Numbered from the stretch's first letter, positions 51,993 through 62,775 are shown. The stretch is 64,000 nucleotides of DNA from Acidobacteriota bacterium (GCA_965217775.1 CBDCJH010000002.1:4768001-4832000); one strand, 5' to 3'. A program made the numbers and translations. The notes: generated by a model not told the origin, from the sequence alone.

Positions 51993-52439
51993 ATGTCGGA
52001 CTTGACCACGATTGCCTTGGGCCTTCTTTTCTTTCTTCCTTCCCTGGAGGCTCAATCCGAAGCGGTACAGGTCCGGGGACGGCTGGTCTGCGTCGAAGCC
52101 GGCACCGAGCCGGAGGAACCCATCGAGTGTCCCTCCGAAGCCCCGGTTCGCGCGTTGCTGGATGAGACCGGACGTCTGTACCGGTTCCGCCTTGACGATC
52201 CCAAGGTGTCCATGTTCGACGATCCTCGGGTCCGGACGCGGGAACTCCAGATCACCGGCCGCCTGGACCCATCGGATCGGTTGGAGATCATTCGGGTCAA
52301 ATCCATCGTCGACGGAGGTCTCCATTTCGTCTATTACCGGTGCGAGGTCTGCCACATCACCGCCTACGCATTCGGACCGTGCTGGTGTTGCCAGGACGAG
52401 TTCGAGTTTCGCGAGACCTTGACCCCTCCTCCCCAATGA
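51993..52439 (+). CDS. exported Cys-rich hypothetical protein
   Basis: Signal peptide; C-terminal YRCEVCH...GPCWCCQ. Confidence 0.7.
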   Translation: MSDLTTIALGLLFFLPSLEAQSEAVQVRGRLVCVEAGTEPEEPIECPSEAPVRALLDETGRLYRFRLDDPKVSMFDDPRVRTRELQITGRLDPSDRLEIIRVKSIVDGGLHFVYYRCEVCHITAYAFGPCWCCQDEFEFRETLTPPPQ

Positions 52440-52493
52440 CGGGACGGGGAATTTGAAACAAGTCGAACCACACTGGAGAAGGGATCGCCAACC

Positions 52494-53549
52494 ATGCTGA
52501 CCGTCGATTCTCACCTGGACCTTGCCTTCAATGCCGTGGAATGGAACCGGGACCTGACCCAACCCATCCATGCCATTCGGGAATCGGAGGCCGGCATGGG
52601 GCAGAAGGGCAGGGGCGCGGGGGTCGTGAGCTTTCAGGAGCTGCGCCAGGGACGGATCGGCCTGTTCTTCGCCACCGTCCACTGCCGGATCGCCTCCCTG
52701 GGGCGGCGGTTCGCAGGTGTGCGCAATCAGGACATCGCCTACGCCAAGGCCTGGGGCGAGTTGGCCTACTATCGGATCATGGAGTCCAAGGGAGTCCTGC
52801 GCCAGATCCGCGACGTCTCGGAACTCGAATCCCATTTGGAGGAATGGGACCGCAATCCCTCCTTCGCGCCGCTGGGATACGTGCTGAGCATGGAGGGATC
52901 CGACCCCATCGTCAGCCCCGGGCAGGTGCCCGAGTGGTGGGACCAGGGCCTGCGCGTGGTCAGCTTGTGCCACTACGGCGTGAGCACCTATTCCCACGGG
53001 ACGGGCGCCCCGGGCGGACTGACTCCGCGAGCCCCTGCGCTGCTGCGGGCCCTGGAAGAGGCGGGAATGATCCTGGACATCAGCCACCTGGCGGAGCAGG
53101 CCTTCTGGGAAGCCCTGGACCAGTTCGGCGGTCAGGTCGCGGCCACGCACAACTGCTGCCAGGCGCTCTGCGAGGGAGACCGTCAACTGAGCGACCGGCA
53201 GATCCGGGCTCTGGTGAGCCGCGGGGGCGTCATTGGAGTCGCCCTCGACGACTGGATGCTCTCACCGCGCTGGAGCGGCGAAGACCAGGACAACAGCTTC
53301 ATCAGCCTGGAGACCGTGACCGACCATATGGACCACATCTGTCAATTGGCCGGCGACGCCCGCCACGCTGCCATCGGATCGGACCTGGACGGGGGATACG
53401 GGAGGGAACAGTGCCCCCACGATCTGCACACCATCGCCGATCTGCGCAAGATTCCCGCCATTCTGGAAAAGCGGGGCTACACCCTGGAGGACGTGACCTC
53501 CATCATGGGAGGCAACTGGGTCCGCCTGCTCCGCGAAACCTGGAGCTGA
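52494..53549 (+). CDS. membrane dipeptidase (M19) family protein
   Basis: DSHLD, SMEG, DISH, ATHN, IGSDLDG. Confidence 0.9.
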   Translation: MLTVDSHLDLAFNAVEWNRDLTQPIHAIRESEAGMGQKGRGAGVVSFQELRQGRIGLFFATVHCRIASLGRRFAGVRNQDIAYAKAWGELAYYRIMESKGVLRQIRDVSELESHLEEWDRNPSFAPLGYVLSMEGSDPIVSPGQVPEWWDQGLRVVSLCHYGVSTYSHGTGAPGGLTPRAPALLRALEEAGMILDISHLAEQAFWEALDQFGGQVAATHNCCQALCEGDRQLSDRQIRALVSRGGVIGVALDDWMLSPRWSGEDQDNSFISLETVTDHMDHICQLAGDARHAAIGSDLDGGYGREQCPHDLHTIADLRKIPAILEKRGYTLEDVTSIMGGNWVRLLRETWS

Positions 53550-53589
53550 CCGCCGGTCTCACCCCGAGGACGGCGTCCCCGGCACAGCG

Positions 53590-54012
53590 TCAGATCTCCC
53601 AAAACCCGGGAACCGGAACTGCCTCGTCGTCGCCCGGCCAGGGAGGCATGGTGGCGATGACGAACTCCATGGGGCCGGCGCCCATGTTCCGGAACTGAAA
53701 ATGGGTGCCCAGGGGAATGTCCACTGCCGTTCCCGGAGCGACCGGAACGACGCCCCCCGAGGCGGAGTCAGGAGGCTTGCGCCACAGTTCTCCGGTTCCC
53801 CGCAGGAAGTACCAGATCTCCTCCACGCTCCGGTGCCGCACCGGGCTCGACACCTGGCCCGGAGCCAGGCTGCAGTGGACCATGCTCCCACCTTTCAACG
53901 CCGGAAGCAGGCGGATGCGGGACCCGTCCGGCGCCAGACAGTCATAGCCCGGCGCGCCCGCTTCCCGGGCCGGCCGGTCCACCAACCGGTCAGGAATCCG
54001 CCGGGTCTGCAT
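53590..54012 (-). CDS. cupin domain protein
   Basis: VRHRSVEEIWY, GTHFQFRN, TMPPWPG. Confidence 0.85.
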   Translation of the reverse strand: MQTRRIPDRLVDRPAREAGAPGYDCLAPDGSRIRLLPALKGGSMVHCSLAPGQVSSPVRHRSVEEIWYFLRGTGELWRKPPDSASGGVVPVAPGTAVDIPLGTHFQFRNMGAGPMEFVIATMPPWPGDDEAVPVPGFWEI

Positions 54013-54016
54013 GGCT

Positions 54017-55213
54017 TCAGCGCGCCATCATGCGGATACAGACCGGCATGGGAATGTCCGCTGTCTGACCGCTCGCTTCAAGCGCCCCGGTCTCCGGGTC
54101 GATCCGGAAGACCACCACGCTGTCCGAATCCTGGTTGGCCGCCAACAGCCAGGTCCCGGTGGGGTCGATCTGGAAATTCCGAGGCGTCTTCCCCCGGGTC
54201 GACTCGTGTCCCCGAGCCGTCAACTGGCCCGTCTCCTGGTCGACGGAGAAGACCGCGATGCTGTCGTGGCCCCGGTTGGAGCCGTAGAGGAAGCGGCCCG
54301 AAGGATGGACCCGGACTTCAGCAGTGTGGGTGACGCCCTGGAAATCTTCGGGAATCGTGGAGATGGTCTGAAGCGGATCCAGCGTCCCCTTGTCGCCATC
54401 GTAACGGAAGGCGGTCACGGTGGAGCCCATTTCGTTGATCACGTAGCCGAACCGGCCGCTGGGATGGAAAGCGAAATGGCGGGGTCCCGCTCCGGGGGCG
54501 ACCGAAACCGATGGCGGCTCGTTGGGCTCCAGGACACCCGTGGCGGTGTCGAAGCGGTAGACCATGACTTCGTCCGTGCCCAGGTCGGCCGCCACGGCAA
54601 ACCGGTTCCCCGGATCCAGGTTGATGCTGTGAGCGCGCGGACCCGTCTGCCGCACCGGGTCCACGCTGGAACCCTCATGTTGGATCACCGAAGTGGCAGG
54701 ACCCAGGCGGCCTTCAGAATCGATGGGGAAGGAGGCGACGGTTCCGCCCGTGTAGGTGGCCAGCAGCAAGTTGCGGCCGGCCTGGTCCACCACCAGGTGG
54801 CACGGAATGGCGCCAGCCGAGGGCTGCAGGTTCAGGAAGGAGAGCCGGCCGCCGGCAGGATCGATGGCGTAGGCGGAGACGGTCCCCGTCTTTTCGCCTT
54901 CGAAGTCGGCGATCTCGCTGACGGCGTAGAGATACCGGCCGTTGGGATGAAGGGCCAGGAAAGAGGGATTTTCGATTCCCGACACCACAGACAGCCGTTC
55001 CAGAGCCCCCGAGTCGGGATCCATCCGGTAGGTGTAGATCCCCTCGCTGTCGGTCCTGGTGTAGGTGCCGAAAAAGACGAGCAGATCTCCTCCGCTCTCC
55101 GGTTGTTCCATGGTTCCCACCTCTTCCCGAGTGCAGGATGCAGCCCCACCGAGCAGGGTCAGCAAGACCACACCAAGATTCTTCCATCGCTCCCAAGCTG
55201 GCCGACCTCTCAT
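54017..55213 (-). CDS. 6-phosphogluconolactonase-family (7-bladed) lactonase lipoprotein
   Basis: GTYT, NPSFLAL, GAGPRHF, SNRGHDS, PRNF; lipobox-like AASC. Confidence 0.88.
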   Translation of the reverse strand: MRGRPAWERWKNLGVVLLTLLGGAASCTREEVGTMEQPESGGDLLVFFGTYTRTDSEGIYTYRMDPDSGALERLSVVSGIENPSFLALHPNGRYLYAVSEIADFEGEKTGTVSAYAIDPAGGRLSFLNLQPSAGAIPCHLVVDQAGRNLLLATYTGGTVASFPIDSEGRLGPATSVIQHEGSSVDPVRQTGPRAHSINLDPGNRFAVAADLGTDEVMVYRFDTATGVLEPNEPPSVSVAPGAGPRHFAFHPSGRFGYVINEMGSTVTAFRYDGDKGTLDPLQTISTIPEDFQGVTHTAEVRVHPSGRFLYGSNRGHDSIAVFSVDQETGQLTARGHESTRGKTPRNFQIDPTGTWLLAANQDSDSVVVFRIDPETGALEASGQTADIPMPVCIRMMAR

Positions 55214-55375
55214 GACGCCTCCACGCTGCTGGACCACGGAACACGATTGGGAATGGACGATCCCGCCTTCCCTTCCCCCTGTTCTCTCACTCCGTTCCGC
55301 CATGTTACCCTTTTCCGGCCCTCCCGTCGGTCCCGGTCTCGGAGGGACAAAAATCCCAGACCTTTCGAGGGAAAC

Positions 55376-56977
55376 ATGCGGAAACAAACTCCCAGCTTGA
55401 TCGGCATCGCCGTCGCAATCGTTCTTCTGATCGGCCTGACTGCCCCGGGCCAAGCCGGGGCGTCGTCCCACGCCGAACGGATCAAGGGAGGCCGGGAACT
55501 TCACGACCCCGGGCTGCATCTCTTCCTGGACGACGAAGAGGTCCAGGATCGTCCCGGATTCACCCGGGTGGTCCAGAATCCGACCCGGATCCGCCGTGAT
55601 CCGGTGCTGGTGCCGGATCGCCCCTGGGAAGGACACGCGGTGCAGCTCTGGGGCTCGGTCCTGTACGACCGGGAGGAGAAGCTCTTCAAGATGTGGTACT
55701 TCTCCGCCAACACCCCCATGTACCGCCGCCTGGGGCGCGGATACCTCATCTGCTATGCCATTTCCAAAGACGGAATCGTCTGGGACAAACCCAACCTGGA
55801 TCTGGTGCCTGTCGACGGTTCTTCCGCCAACAACGTCGTCTACCCCACGCCGGGGATGCCGGCCTCCTGGGGCATCGATCCCTGGGGCGTGGTGAAGGAT
55901 CCTGACGAGCCGGATCCCGCGCGGCGGTACAAGATGGGCATGTATCAGCAACGCCCCACCGGCGCCGAGTCGGATCTGGAACGCCCCGGCATGAATCGCG
56001 AACAGAAGAACCGGGCGCGGAAAGTCTTGCTCCAGGCCATACGGGACCGGCACGGAATGTACGCCGCGTTCTCTCCCGACGGGATCCGTTGGACTCCGGG
56101 GGAGGAGATCCTGGTCCCCCGGGGCGGCGACGCCGGAGCCATGGTCTACGATCCTCTGGGCGAGCGCTATCTGGCCACGACCCGGCGTTACGGGACCATC
56201 ATGGATCACTTCGTCGTGGGCTGGAAAGGGTATCGCCGCGTGGTCGCCCTCTCCACCAGCAAGGACTTCGTCCATTGGACCCCGCTGAAGACGATCCTCA
56301 AGCCGGACGATCTGGACCATCCCCGGGACCAGATGTACGTCATGACCCCCTTCGCCTACGGGAACCAGTACATAGGGTTCATCGGCATGCTCCACTCCTC
56401 CACCGAGCTGGGACCGACACAACTGGCGACCGCTCGCGATCCGGCCCACTGGCGGCGGGTCGGACGCCGTCAGGAGTTCCTGCCGGTGGGTGCTCCGGGA
56501 AGCTGGGACGGGGCTTGGGCCACACCCTCCGGGAACCCGCCGGTCCTGAAGGGAAACCAGCTCTATCTCTGGTATTCGGGCCGTCCCCAGGCCCACGGCA
56601 CTTCCGGAATGTGGAAGAGCTCCATCGGTGTCCTGACCCTGCGCAAAGACGGTTTCGTGGCGCTGCGCAGCGGCATCCGCGGCGGTGACGTCATGACCGA
56701 GCCGGTGACGGTGACCGGTCCCAAGTTGGTCCTCAACGCCTACTCTTTCTTTGGCGCCGTCCGGATCCGGATCATTCACGACGGCGCGGTGGCACCCGGC
56801 TATTCCTTCGAGGAATGCAACGGCCTGGAAAAGGGGAACGAGACCGACTTTCCGGTGACCTGGGGTCCGGACCGGCGCGATCTTTCCTCCTTCGTAGGCA
56901 AAAAGGTCCGGCTCCAGATTCAGGCCGACAACGCCACCAGCCTCTTCTCCTACCGCTTCGCCGCAACCGCCGAGTGA
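55376..56977 (+). CDS. exported five-bladed beta-propeller glycoside-hydrolase-like protein
   Basis: Signal peptide; FKMWY, SKDGIVW, SPDGIRW, SKDFVHW, LRKDGFV. Confidence 0.75.
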   Translation: MRKQTPSLIGIAVAIVLLIGLTAPGQAGASSHAERIKGGRELHDPGLHLFLDDEEVQDRPGFTRVVQNPTRIRRDPVLVPDRPWEGHAVQLWGSVLYDREEKLFKMWYFSANTPMYRRLGRGYLICYAISKDGIVWDKPNLDLVPVDGSSANNVVYPTPGMPASWGIDPWGVVKDPDEPDPARRYKMGMYQQRPTGAESDLERPGMNREQKNRARKVLLQAIRDRHGMYAAFSPDGIRWTPGEEILVPRGGDAGAMVYDPLGERYLATTRRYGTIMDHFVVGWKGYRRVVALSTSKDFVHWTPLKTILKPDDLDHPRDQMYVMTPFAYGNQYIGFIGMLHSSTELGPTQLATARDPAHWRRVGRRQEFLPVGAPGSWDGAWATPSGNPPVLKGNQLYLWYSGRPQAHGTSGMWKSSIGVLTLRKDGFVALRSGIRGGDVMTEPVTVTGPKLVLNAYSFFGAVRIRIIHDGAVAPGYSFEECNGLEKGNETDFPVTWGPDRRDLSSFVGKKVRLQIQADNATSLFSYRFAATAE

Positions 56978-57039
56978 CATCACTTGGATTCTCTCGGCCT
57001 CGAACGTATCCTCGTGGGCGGAGCGCGGAGACCGATTCC

Positions 57040-57966
57040 ATGAGCCGGACATCAGGAGTGCACAAACGGACGAAGCCCGGAATGCTGGGCGCCGTGGACA
57101 TTCCCTGGAACTCCGATTTTTCTCTGGACCAGGAGCATTTCCGGGGATTGATCCGGCGGCTGCAGACGCTGGGAGCCGGACGGCTCTACATCATGGGAAC
57201 GGCGGGCGAGGGCTACGCCATGTCGGACACGCGCTTTCGTGAGGTGGTGGACGTGTTCGTCGAAGAGATGTCCGGCTCCGGCATCGAGGCCCAGGTGGGC
57301 GTCATCTCACTGTCCATGGAGCAGATCGTGGAGCGGCTCGAGTACGCCCACCGCCAGGGAATCCGATCTTTCCAGATCTCGCTGCCGGCCTGGGGAGCGC
57401 TGGACGACGCCGAGATGATGGGGTTCTTCAAGACCGTCTGCGGCCGGTTTCCCGACTCGGAGTTCCTGCACTACAACCTGGTGCGAACCAAGCGCATCCT
57501 GACCGGCGATGACTACCGGTTGATCCTGGACGAGGTCCCCAATCTGGTGGCCAGCAAACAGAGCTCCACCGACATGAACCGGATCCGGGACTGGATGATC
57601 AAGGCGCCCGAGATGCAGCATTTCATGCTCGAAACCTGCTTCGCCTACGCTTGCCAGTTTGGAGAGTGCTCCCTTCTCTGCAGCATGCACGGGGCGTTTC
57701 CCGGTCTGACCCGCGAGTACTTTGCCGCCGGCCAGGATGGAGACATCGTCCGGGCGCTGGAGATCGCCGAGAAGTTCCGAATTCACGGCGAAGGCCTCTT
57801 CGGTCACCTGAACCGGTCCATGATCGACGGCGCCTACGACAAGCTGATGGTCTGGCTGACGGACCCGACGTTTCCCATTCGCCTGTTGCCGCCGTATGAG
57901 GGATTCACCGGCCAGGAGGCGGAAGTCAGCCTGGAGTACTACCGCAATCAGCGCGGCGAGGCCTGA
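57040..57966 (+). CDS. DapA/NAL-family aldolase
   Basis: GTAGEG, LHYN, ASKQS (Schiff-base Lys). Confidence 0.8.
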   Translation: MSRTSGVHKRTKPGMLGAVDIPWNSDFSLDQEHFRGLIRRLQTLGAGRLYIMGTAGEGYAMSDTRFREVVDVFVEEMSGSGIEAQVGVISLSMEQIVERLEYAHRQGIRSFQISLPAWGALDDAEMMGFFKTVCGRFPDSEFLHYNLVRTKRILTGDDYRLILDEVPNLVASKQSSTDMNRIRDWMIKAPEMQHFMLETCFAYACQFGECSLLCSMHGAFPGLTREYFAAGQDGDIVRALEIAEKFRIHGEGLFGHLNRSMIDGAYDKLMVWLTDPTFPIRLLPPYEGFTGQEAEVSLEYYRNQRGEA

Positions 57967-57968
57967 AC

Positions 57969-58820
57969 ATGGGGAGCCACCGGACCTACAACGGCGTTTC
58001 CATGCCTGAGTTCATGTACGGCACCGCCTGGAAGAAGGAGGAGACGACCCGTCTGGTCAAGCTGGCCGTCACCAGCGGCTTTACCGCCATCGACACCGCC
58101 AACCAGATCATCCACTACGATGAGGCCCGCGTGGGAGACGCCCTGCTCGATCTGAGCCGCCAGGGAATCGAACGGGAATCCCTTTTCCTCCAGACCAAGT
58201 TCACATCCGCCGGAGGCCAGGACCATCGGCCCCCCTACGATGCGTCCGCGGACATCACCACCCAGGTGGGGCAATCCTTCCGGAGTTCCCTCCGGCATCT
58301 GCACACCGATCACCTGGATTCGTACGTCCTGCACGGCCCCTACTCGCGGATGGGACTGGGGGCGGAGGACTGGGAAGTCTGGGCGGCCATCGAAGGAATC
58401 TACAAGTCGGCCGGGACCCGGGTGATCGGGGTCAGCAACGTCAGTGCGGAACAGCTCGACGAGCTCTGCCGGCGAGCGGAAGTCAAGCCCATGGTGGTGC
58501 AGAACCGGTGTTTCGCCGTCCTGGGCTGGGACTACCGGGTCCGGGAGATCTGCCGCGCCCACGGGATCGTCTACCAGGGATTCTCGCTCCTGACGGCGAA
58601 TCGCCAGTTCCTGTTCCACCCCCGGATTCGGGAGATCGCCGGCCGTCTTGGGGTCGGCCCGGCTCAAGTGGTCTTCCGGTTCGCCCTGGAGGTGGGGATG
58701 CAGCCCCTCACGGGGACCAGCGACCGGGACCACATGGTCGAGGACCTGGCGGTCCGATCGCTGCGGCTCTCCCGGGAAGAGACGGCGTTCATCGAGACCA
58801 TCGCCCTGAACCGGCCGTGA
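57969..58820 (+). CDS. aldo/keto reductase
   Basis: IDTANQ..HY, LQTK, LHGP, IGVSN. Confidence 0.9.
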   Translation: MGSHRTYNGVSMPEFMYGTAWKKEETTRLVKLAVTSGFTAIDTANQIIHYDEARVGDALLDLSRQGIERESLFLQTKFTSAGGQDHRPPYDASADITTQVGQSFRSSLRHLHTDHLDSYVLHGPYSRMGLGAEDWEVWAAIEGIYKSAGTRVIGVSNVSAEQLDELCRRAEVKPMVVQNRCFAVLGWDYRVREICRAHGIVYQGFSLLTANRQFLFHPRIREIAGRLGVGPAQVVFRFALEVGMQPLTGTSDRDHMVEDLAVRSLRLSREETAFIETIALNRP

Positions 58821-58826
58821 CGCGGC

Positions 58827-60155
58827 TCAGGCCCCTCCGGGAATCGCCCAGTGGCCCTTCCGGTAGCTGCGGGCGAGCAGGGCGTCCGCTTCTTCGTCGC
58901 CCGAGATCCGCTCCACCGCCGGATCGAAGTGGAAGGACCGGCCCACCCTCACGCCGATGTTTGCCAGGTGACAGAGGGAGGTGGACAGGTGCGCCGTTTC
59001 GGCATCGGCCGTGAGACCGGTCTGGCCTCGAATCGCTTTCACCCAGGTGAGGAAGTTACTCGTCATGTCCATTTTCGGAAGAACACTTGGCTGCTTTTCG
59101 AGACGCTTGTTCTCCCCGTCCCAAAGTTGGAACCGCCCCCGGCGGCTGAAGAGCATCTTCCCCCCGGTCCCCAGAAACTCGACGCCGCCGTCCACGTCGT
59201 AGGGATGGTTGGCGGACCAGATCCTCATCTCGAAGACCAACTGCCTGCGCTCCCCGACGCTTCCCTTGCCCGGATAGTCGAAGGTTGCTGTGACGGTGTC
59301 GGGGAACTCCTGGTCGTCGTCGAAGAAGAACTTGCCGCCGGCCACGGCCACCTGGCTGGGATGGACGTCGAGTCCCAGACCCCAGCGGGCCATGTCGAAC
59401 TCGTGGACGCCGTCGTTTCCCAGATCGCCGGTGCCGAAGTCGTACCACCAGTGCCAGGAATAATGGTGCCGGTTCTTCTGGAACGGGACCATGGGAGCCG
59501 GCCCCAACCAGAGGTCGTAGTCGAACCCGTCCGGCGGGGAACCGGGCCGCTCGCGGCCGATGTTGCGCCGCTTCTGGACGTTCCAGGCCTTGGCCACGAG
59601 CACGTCGCCGATGACGCCCTCGTGCAACATTTGCACCGCCTCGACGAACCCCCGGCTGCTGCGGGCCTGGGTCCCGTGCTGAAGGACGCGGCCGGACCGC
59701 CGGGCGGCCTCGACCAAAAGGCGGCCTTCGCGGAGATTGTGGGAGCACGGCTTCTCCAGGTAGACGTGCTTGCCGGCGTCCAACGCCAGGATCGCCGCCG
59801 GAGTATGCCAGTGGTCGGGGGTCGCAATGGTCACCGCGTCGACGGTGGGATCGTCGAGAATTCTCCGCAGATCGTCGACGGGTTGGGCGCCACCGGCCTC
59901 GCCGGAGGCCTGGGCACACCGGTTCTCGTCCGGGTCGCAGACGTAGGCGATCTCGGTGTTGACCCCCTGGGGGAACCGGCCGATGTGGGAGCGCCGGCCC
60001 TGGCCTCCGCAACCGATGACCGCAAAGCGGATGCGGTCGTTGGCGCCGGCCGCCCGGGCCGGGACCGAACTCAGAACCGGGGATGACGCAGCGACAGCGG
60101 CCGCAGCCCCGGACCCCTTCAAGAATTCCCGCCGGTTGACTCCAACTCTTGTCAT
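58827..60155 (-). CDS. Tat-exported Gfo/Idh/MocA oxidoreductase
   Basis: NRREFLK, ATPDHWH, KHVYLEKP, GNDGVH. Confidence 0.92.
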   Translation of the reverse strand: MTRVGVNRREFLKGSGAAAAVAASSPVLSSVPARAAGANDRIRFAVIGCGGQGRRSHIGRFPQGVNTEIAYVCDPDENRCAQASGEAGGAQPVDDLRRILDDPTVDAVTIATPDHWHTPAAILALDAGKHVYLEKPCSHNLREGRLLVEAARRSGRVLQHGTQARSSRGFVEAVQMLHEGVIGDVLVAKAWNVQKRRNIGRERPGSPPDGFDYDLWLGPAPMVPFQKNRHHYSWHWWYDFGTGDLGNDGVHEFDMARWGLGLDVHPSQVAVAGGKFFFDDDQEFPDTVTATFDYPGKGSVGERRQLVFEMRIWSANHPYDVDGGVEFLGTGGKMLFSRRGRFQLWDGENKRLEKQPSVLPKMDMTSNFLTWVKAIRGQTGLTADAETAHLSTSLCHLANIGVRVGRSFHFDPAVERISGDEEADALLARSYRKGHWAIPGGA

Positions 60156-60440
60156 TGTGCCTCCTTTTGCCGCGCCAGCGGCCCAGCGCGGAATCCGTAG
60201 CGACTCAGCGAACACTCGCGTTTGTTCTCCTACTCTACACCCTGGGCGAAACGTTGCCACGGCCGGCATCGGCGAGGAGCGGACCACTTTTGCTCAGGTC
60301 ATGTCGCAGACGGGAGGCCCGTTTCTTACAATTAAATTAATGAATCTATAGTCAGCTACACCCAGCCGGAGAGAGGGCAACATCGTCAAGAACTTCGGTC
60401 CAGCATGTCTGCCGATTTCGCCAAAGGAGGTGGACGGTCG

Positions 60441-61398
60441 ATGATCCCGGAACAACCACACCGCGAGCACCAACTCAAACCCTTCGGTTGGACGGGCCGC
60501 GAGGCCGAGTGGATCGCATTGGTCTGCCGTCATAGCGACCTGTTCACCCACTCCCAGTTCTGCACCTACTTGCACGCGCGGCCCAACCGGGCGCGCCAGT
60601 TCGTCCGCTGCTTGCGGAATCGCCGCCAAGCGGTCGAAGTCAACCTGGACGGCCTCCCAGCCGCCGCGCGACCCTGCCGGATCTCCGGCAAAGCCATCTA
60701 CCAAGCACTGGGCATCGAGAACGTGGGCCACCGCTGCACCGCCTCCGCTCCCGTCCTGATGCGGCGGCTGCTGTCACTCGACCTACATCCTGGAGCACCC
60801 GCAGCAGTCGTGGCTTACCTCGGAACAGGAAAAAGTCGCCGCCTTCGATGACTTCGACATTCCCCGTCAGGCCCTCCCCCGTCGTTACTACACCGGAAAC
60901 AAGGCGGTCTGGATCCGTTACTTTGCCCTGGAGCTCCCCCTATCCATCGGGCCCGAGACCGTCACCTTCGTCTACGTGGACCCGGGCTACGACACCGACC
61001 GGAACCTGATGGCCTGGGGATCGAGCCACGCGCCGCTCTGGCGGGCCCTGCGCCGGAAGGGACGCCGGATCCGGGTCGTCGCTGTCGCGCGTGACGAAAC
61101 CCAGTTGGGACGGGCCAACGAGGTCCTGAACCGCTGGACTGAAGGGCACTGGCCGAAGGGCTGCCAGCCGCTCACGTCCGACGAAGAGGAGGAGATAGAA
61201 GAGATTCGTCTGGCGTTCTTTCGGAGTGACTGGACTGCGCTGGAGCGTTGGGGCGGGCCCCAATCGGCCCTTTTCTATCAACGCGACCTGAAGCGCCGAC
61301 CGGCGTTCGAGGGTTCCGAATGCGGATTCCGGATTGACCGAGCGGACACATGGCGCTCGCAGAGGTTGTCGTTCTCTTCTGGAGCAACCCTCCAATAA
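60441..61398 (+). pseudogene. frameshifted mobile-element-associated gene (possibly replication/relaxation-like)
   Basis: AAGGAGG RBS; frame reads ...RRLLSLD, then continues in the +1 frame from 60784 (YILEHP...FVYVDPG...) without stops to TAA 61398. Confidence 0.7.
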
Positions 61399-61476
61399 CC
61401 CGCTTCGCAGTAGTGATTTCCCAGGGTCAGACCAATCTGGCTGGCTCCCAAGCACGCGGTCAGACTGCGCCTCCTT

Positions 61477-61718
61477 GCCCGCATTTCTCACCAGGCCGCT
61501 ACGCGTATGATGAAAAATAATCTGTTTTTGAGCATTTACGCGGATTTTTCCAAGGTTTCTCCGGGACAGACTGCGCTGGGCGCGCGCTCGCTGGTCTTTT
61601 CGCCCTCAGCGCGCACATGCTCCCTCAAACGTAGTTACCACTACGCTCTCGGTCGCGAGCACGCGCTGAGGGCGAAAATCCTGCGCGATCGTCACGCCCC
61701 CTGGTGAGAAATGCGGGC
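61477..61718. mobile_element. MITE family B, copy 2 (long form with internal hairpin)
   Basis: TIR GCCCGCATTTCTCACCAGG / CCTGGTGAGAAATGCGGGC; about 100 bp extra relative to 34654-34792. Confidence 0.85.
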
Positions 61719-62260
61719 TAGAATACGTACCCCACACCGACTGTGGAACGAAGGAGGGGAATCAGTCCGATACGGAATTCCGGAGCCACAAAGAATCTTT
61801 TGCCCAAGAACAGCCGGACACCCAGGCCCCCGGTGAAATTGATACTTCCTTGGTGGTCCCACTTGAACTTGGGGAGTGTGGGGTCGAAATGATGCCTTGG
61901 GTTGGAAAGCCGTGTCCGATACAGAGTGAAACCGAACCCGACGACCAGGTAAGGACTGATGCGTTCGTGCGGCAAAAACTCATACTCGAATACAGGAGTG
62001 ACCAGCAGAGCGTACTCCTTGTAGGTTCCGTATTTCCCAAACATCTTGGCGTGCAATACTTCCACGCCACCGCGGACGTGTGAGCCGGCGGGACCGGTCA
62101 TGGTGACACCCCCTAACCAGGCATGGGGAGGCGTGTCATCCAGCCCGAGCGTGTAACCCGACTGTCCTCGCAGGTAGAGCTTGCGTTTTTCCCCAAAGAC
62201 CGGTTGCAGGAGCAATAGGCAGATGGTGACGAAAAACAGGGTCAAACGTTCAGATGGCAT
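61718..62260 (-). CDS. small outer-membrane beta-barrel protein
   Basis: Signal peptide; ISPYLVVGFG; FVAPEFRIG; C-terminal VGYVF. Confidence 0.75.
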   Translation of the reverse strand: MPSERLTLFFVTICLLLLQPVFGEKRKLYLRGQSGYTLGLDDTPPHAWLGGVTMTGPAGSHVRGGVEVLHAKMFGKYGTYKEYALLVTPVFEYEFLPHERISPYLVVGFGFTLYRTRLSNPRHHFDPTLPKFKWDHQGSINFTGGLGVRLFLGKRFFVAPEFRIGLIPLLRSTVGVGYVF

Positions 62261-62283
62261 AGGTCACTCCTGATGTGCAGACT

Positions 62284-62775
62284 TCAACGGCGACCGGCAA
62301 AGCCCAGGTAAATGGAAAACCGAAGATTGGGTTCGTGCCCGATGCGGAACTGGGGAGCGATGAAAAATCGGTTATTGGCCCAGACCTTGACTCCCATTCC
62401 CCATCCCAGGCCTCCCCAAGCTATTCCGGAACTTTTGATCAGGTAGGGACGAGAACGATAGAAATTCGCCCCGGCACCGAAAATCATGTGCAGCACGGCA
62501 CGATCCGACAGCCGAGTGAGATCCTTGACGACATTCATGATCAGCATGTGATCCTGGTGATTTCCCTCGGTCATGAACGAATATTCCGGCTCCACGGCCC
62601 AGCCTTGTTTCCCGAAGTAGTGGCGGTACGAAGCTCCGGCGGTTGTGTGTTGGCGGGCTTCCAGGAAACCGGCGATTCCGAAATGAAAGCGCGGTTCCGG
62701 GGCACGAGGCTGAGCTTCCAGGGACAGGCAGACCAACACCATCACCAGAATAGGCATGCAGCCGGTTTTCTTCAT
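62284..62775 (-). CDS. small outer-membrane beta-barrel protein (paralog)
   Basis: Signal peptide; FFIAPQFRIG...YLGF resembles the neighbouring gene; GAGGGAGG RBS. Confidence 0.7.
   Translation of the reverse strand: MKKTGCMPILVMVLVCLSLEAQPRAPEPRFHFGIAGFLEARQHTTAGASYRHYFGKQGWAVEPEYSFMTEGNHQDHMLIMNVVKDLTRLSDRAVLHMIFGAGANFYRSRPYLIKSSGIAWGGLGWGMGVKVWANNRFFIAPQFRIGHEPNLRFSIYLGFAGRR

Noticed and set aside
54011-57052. Two roughly 1000-aa fully overlapping antisense ORFs
   Set aside because: Each contains one real gene (lactonase on minus, propeller on plus) extended by stop-poor GC-rich antisense frames
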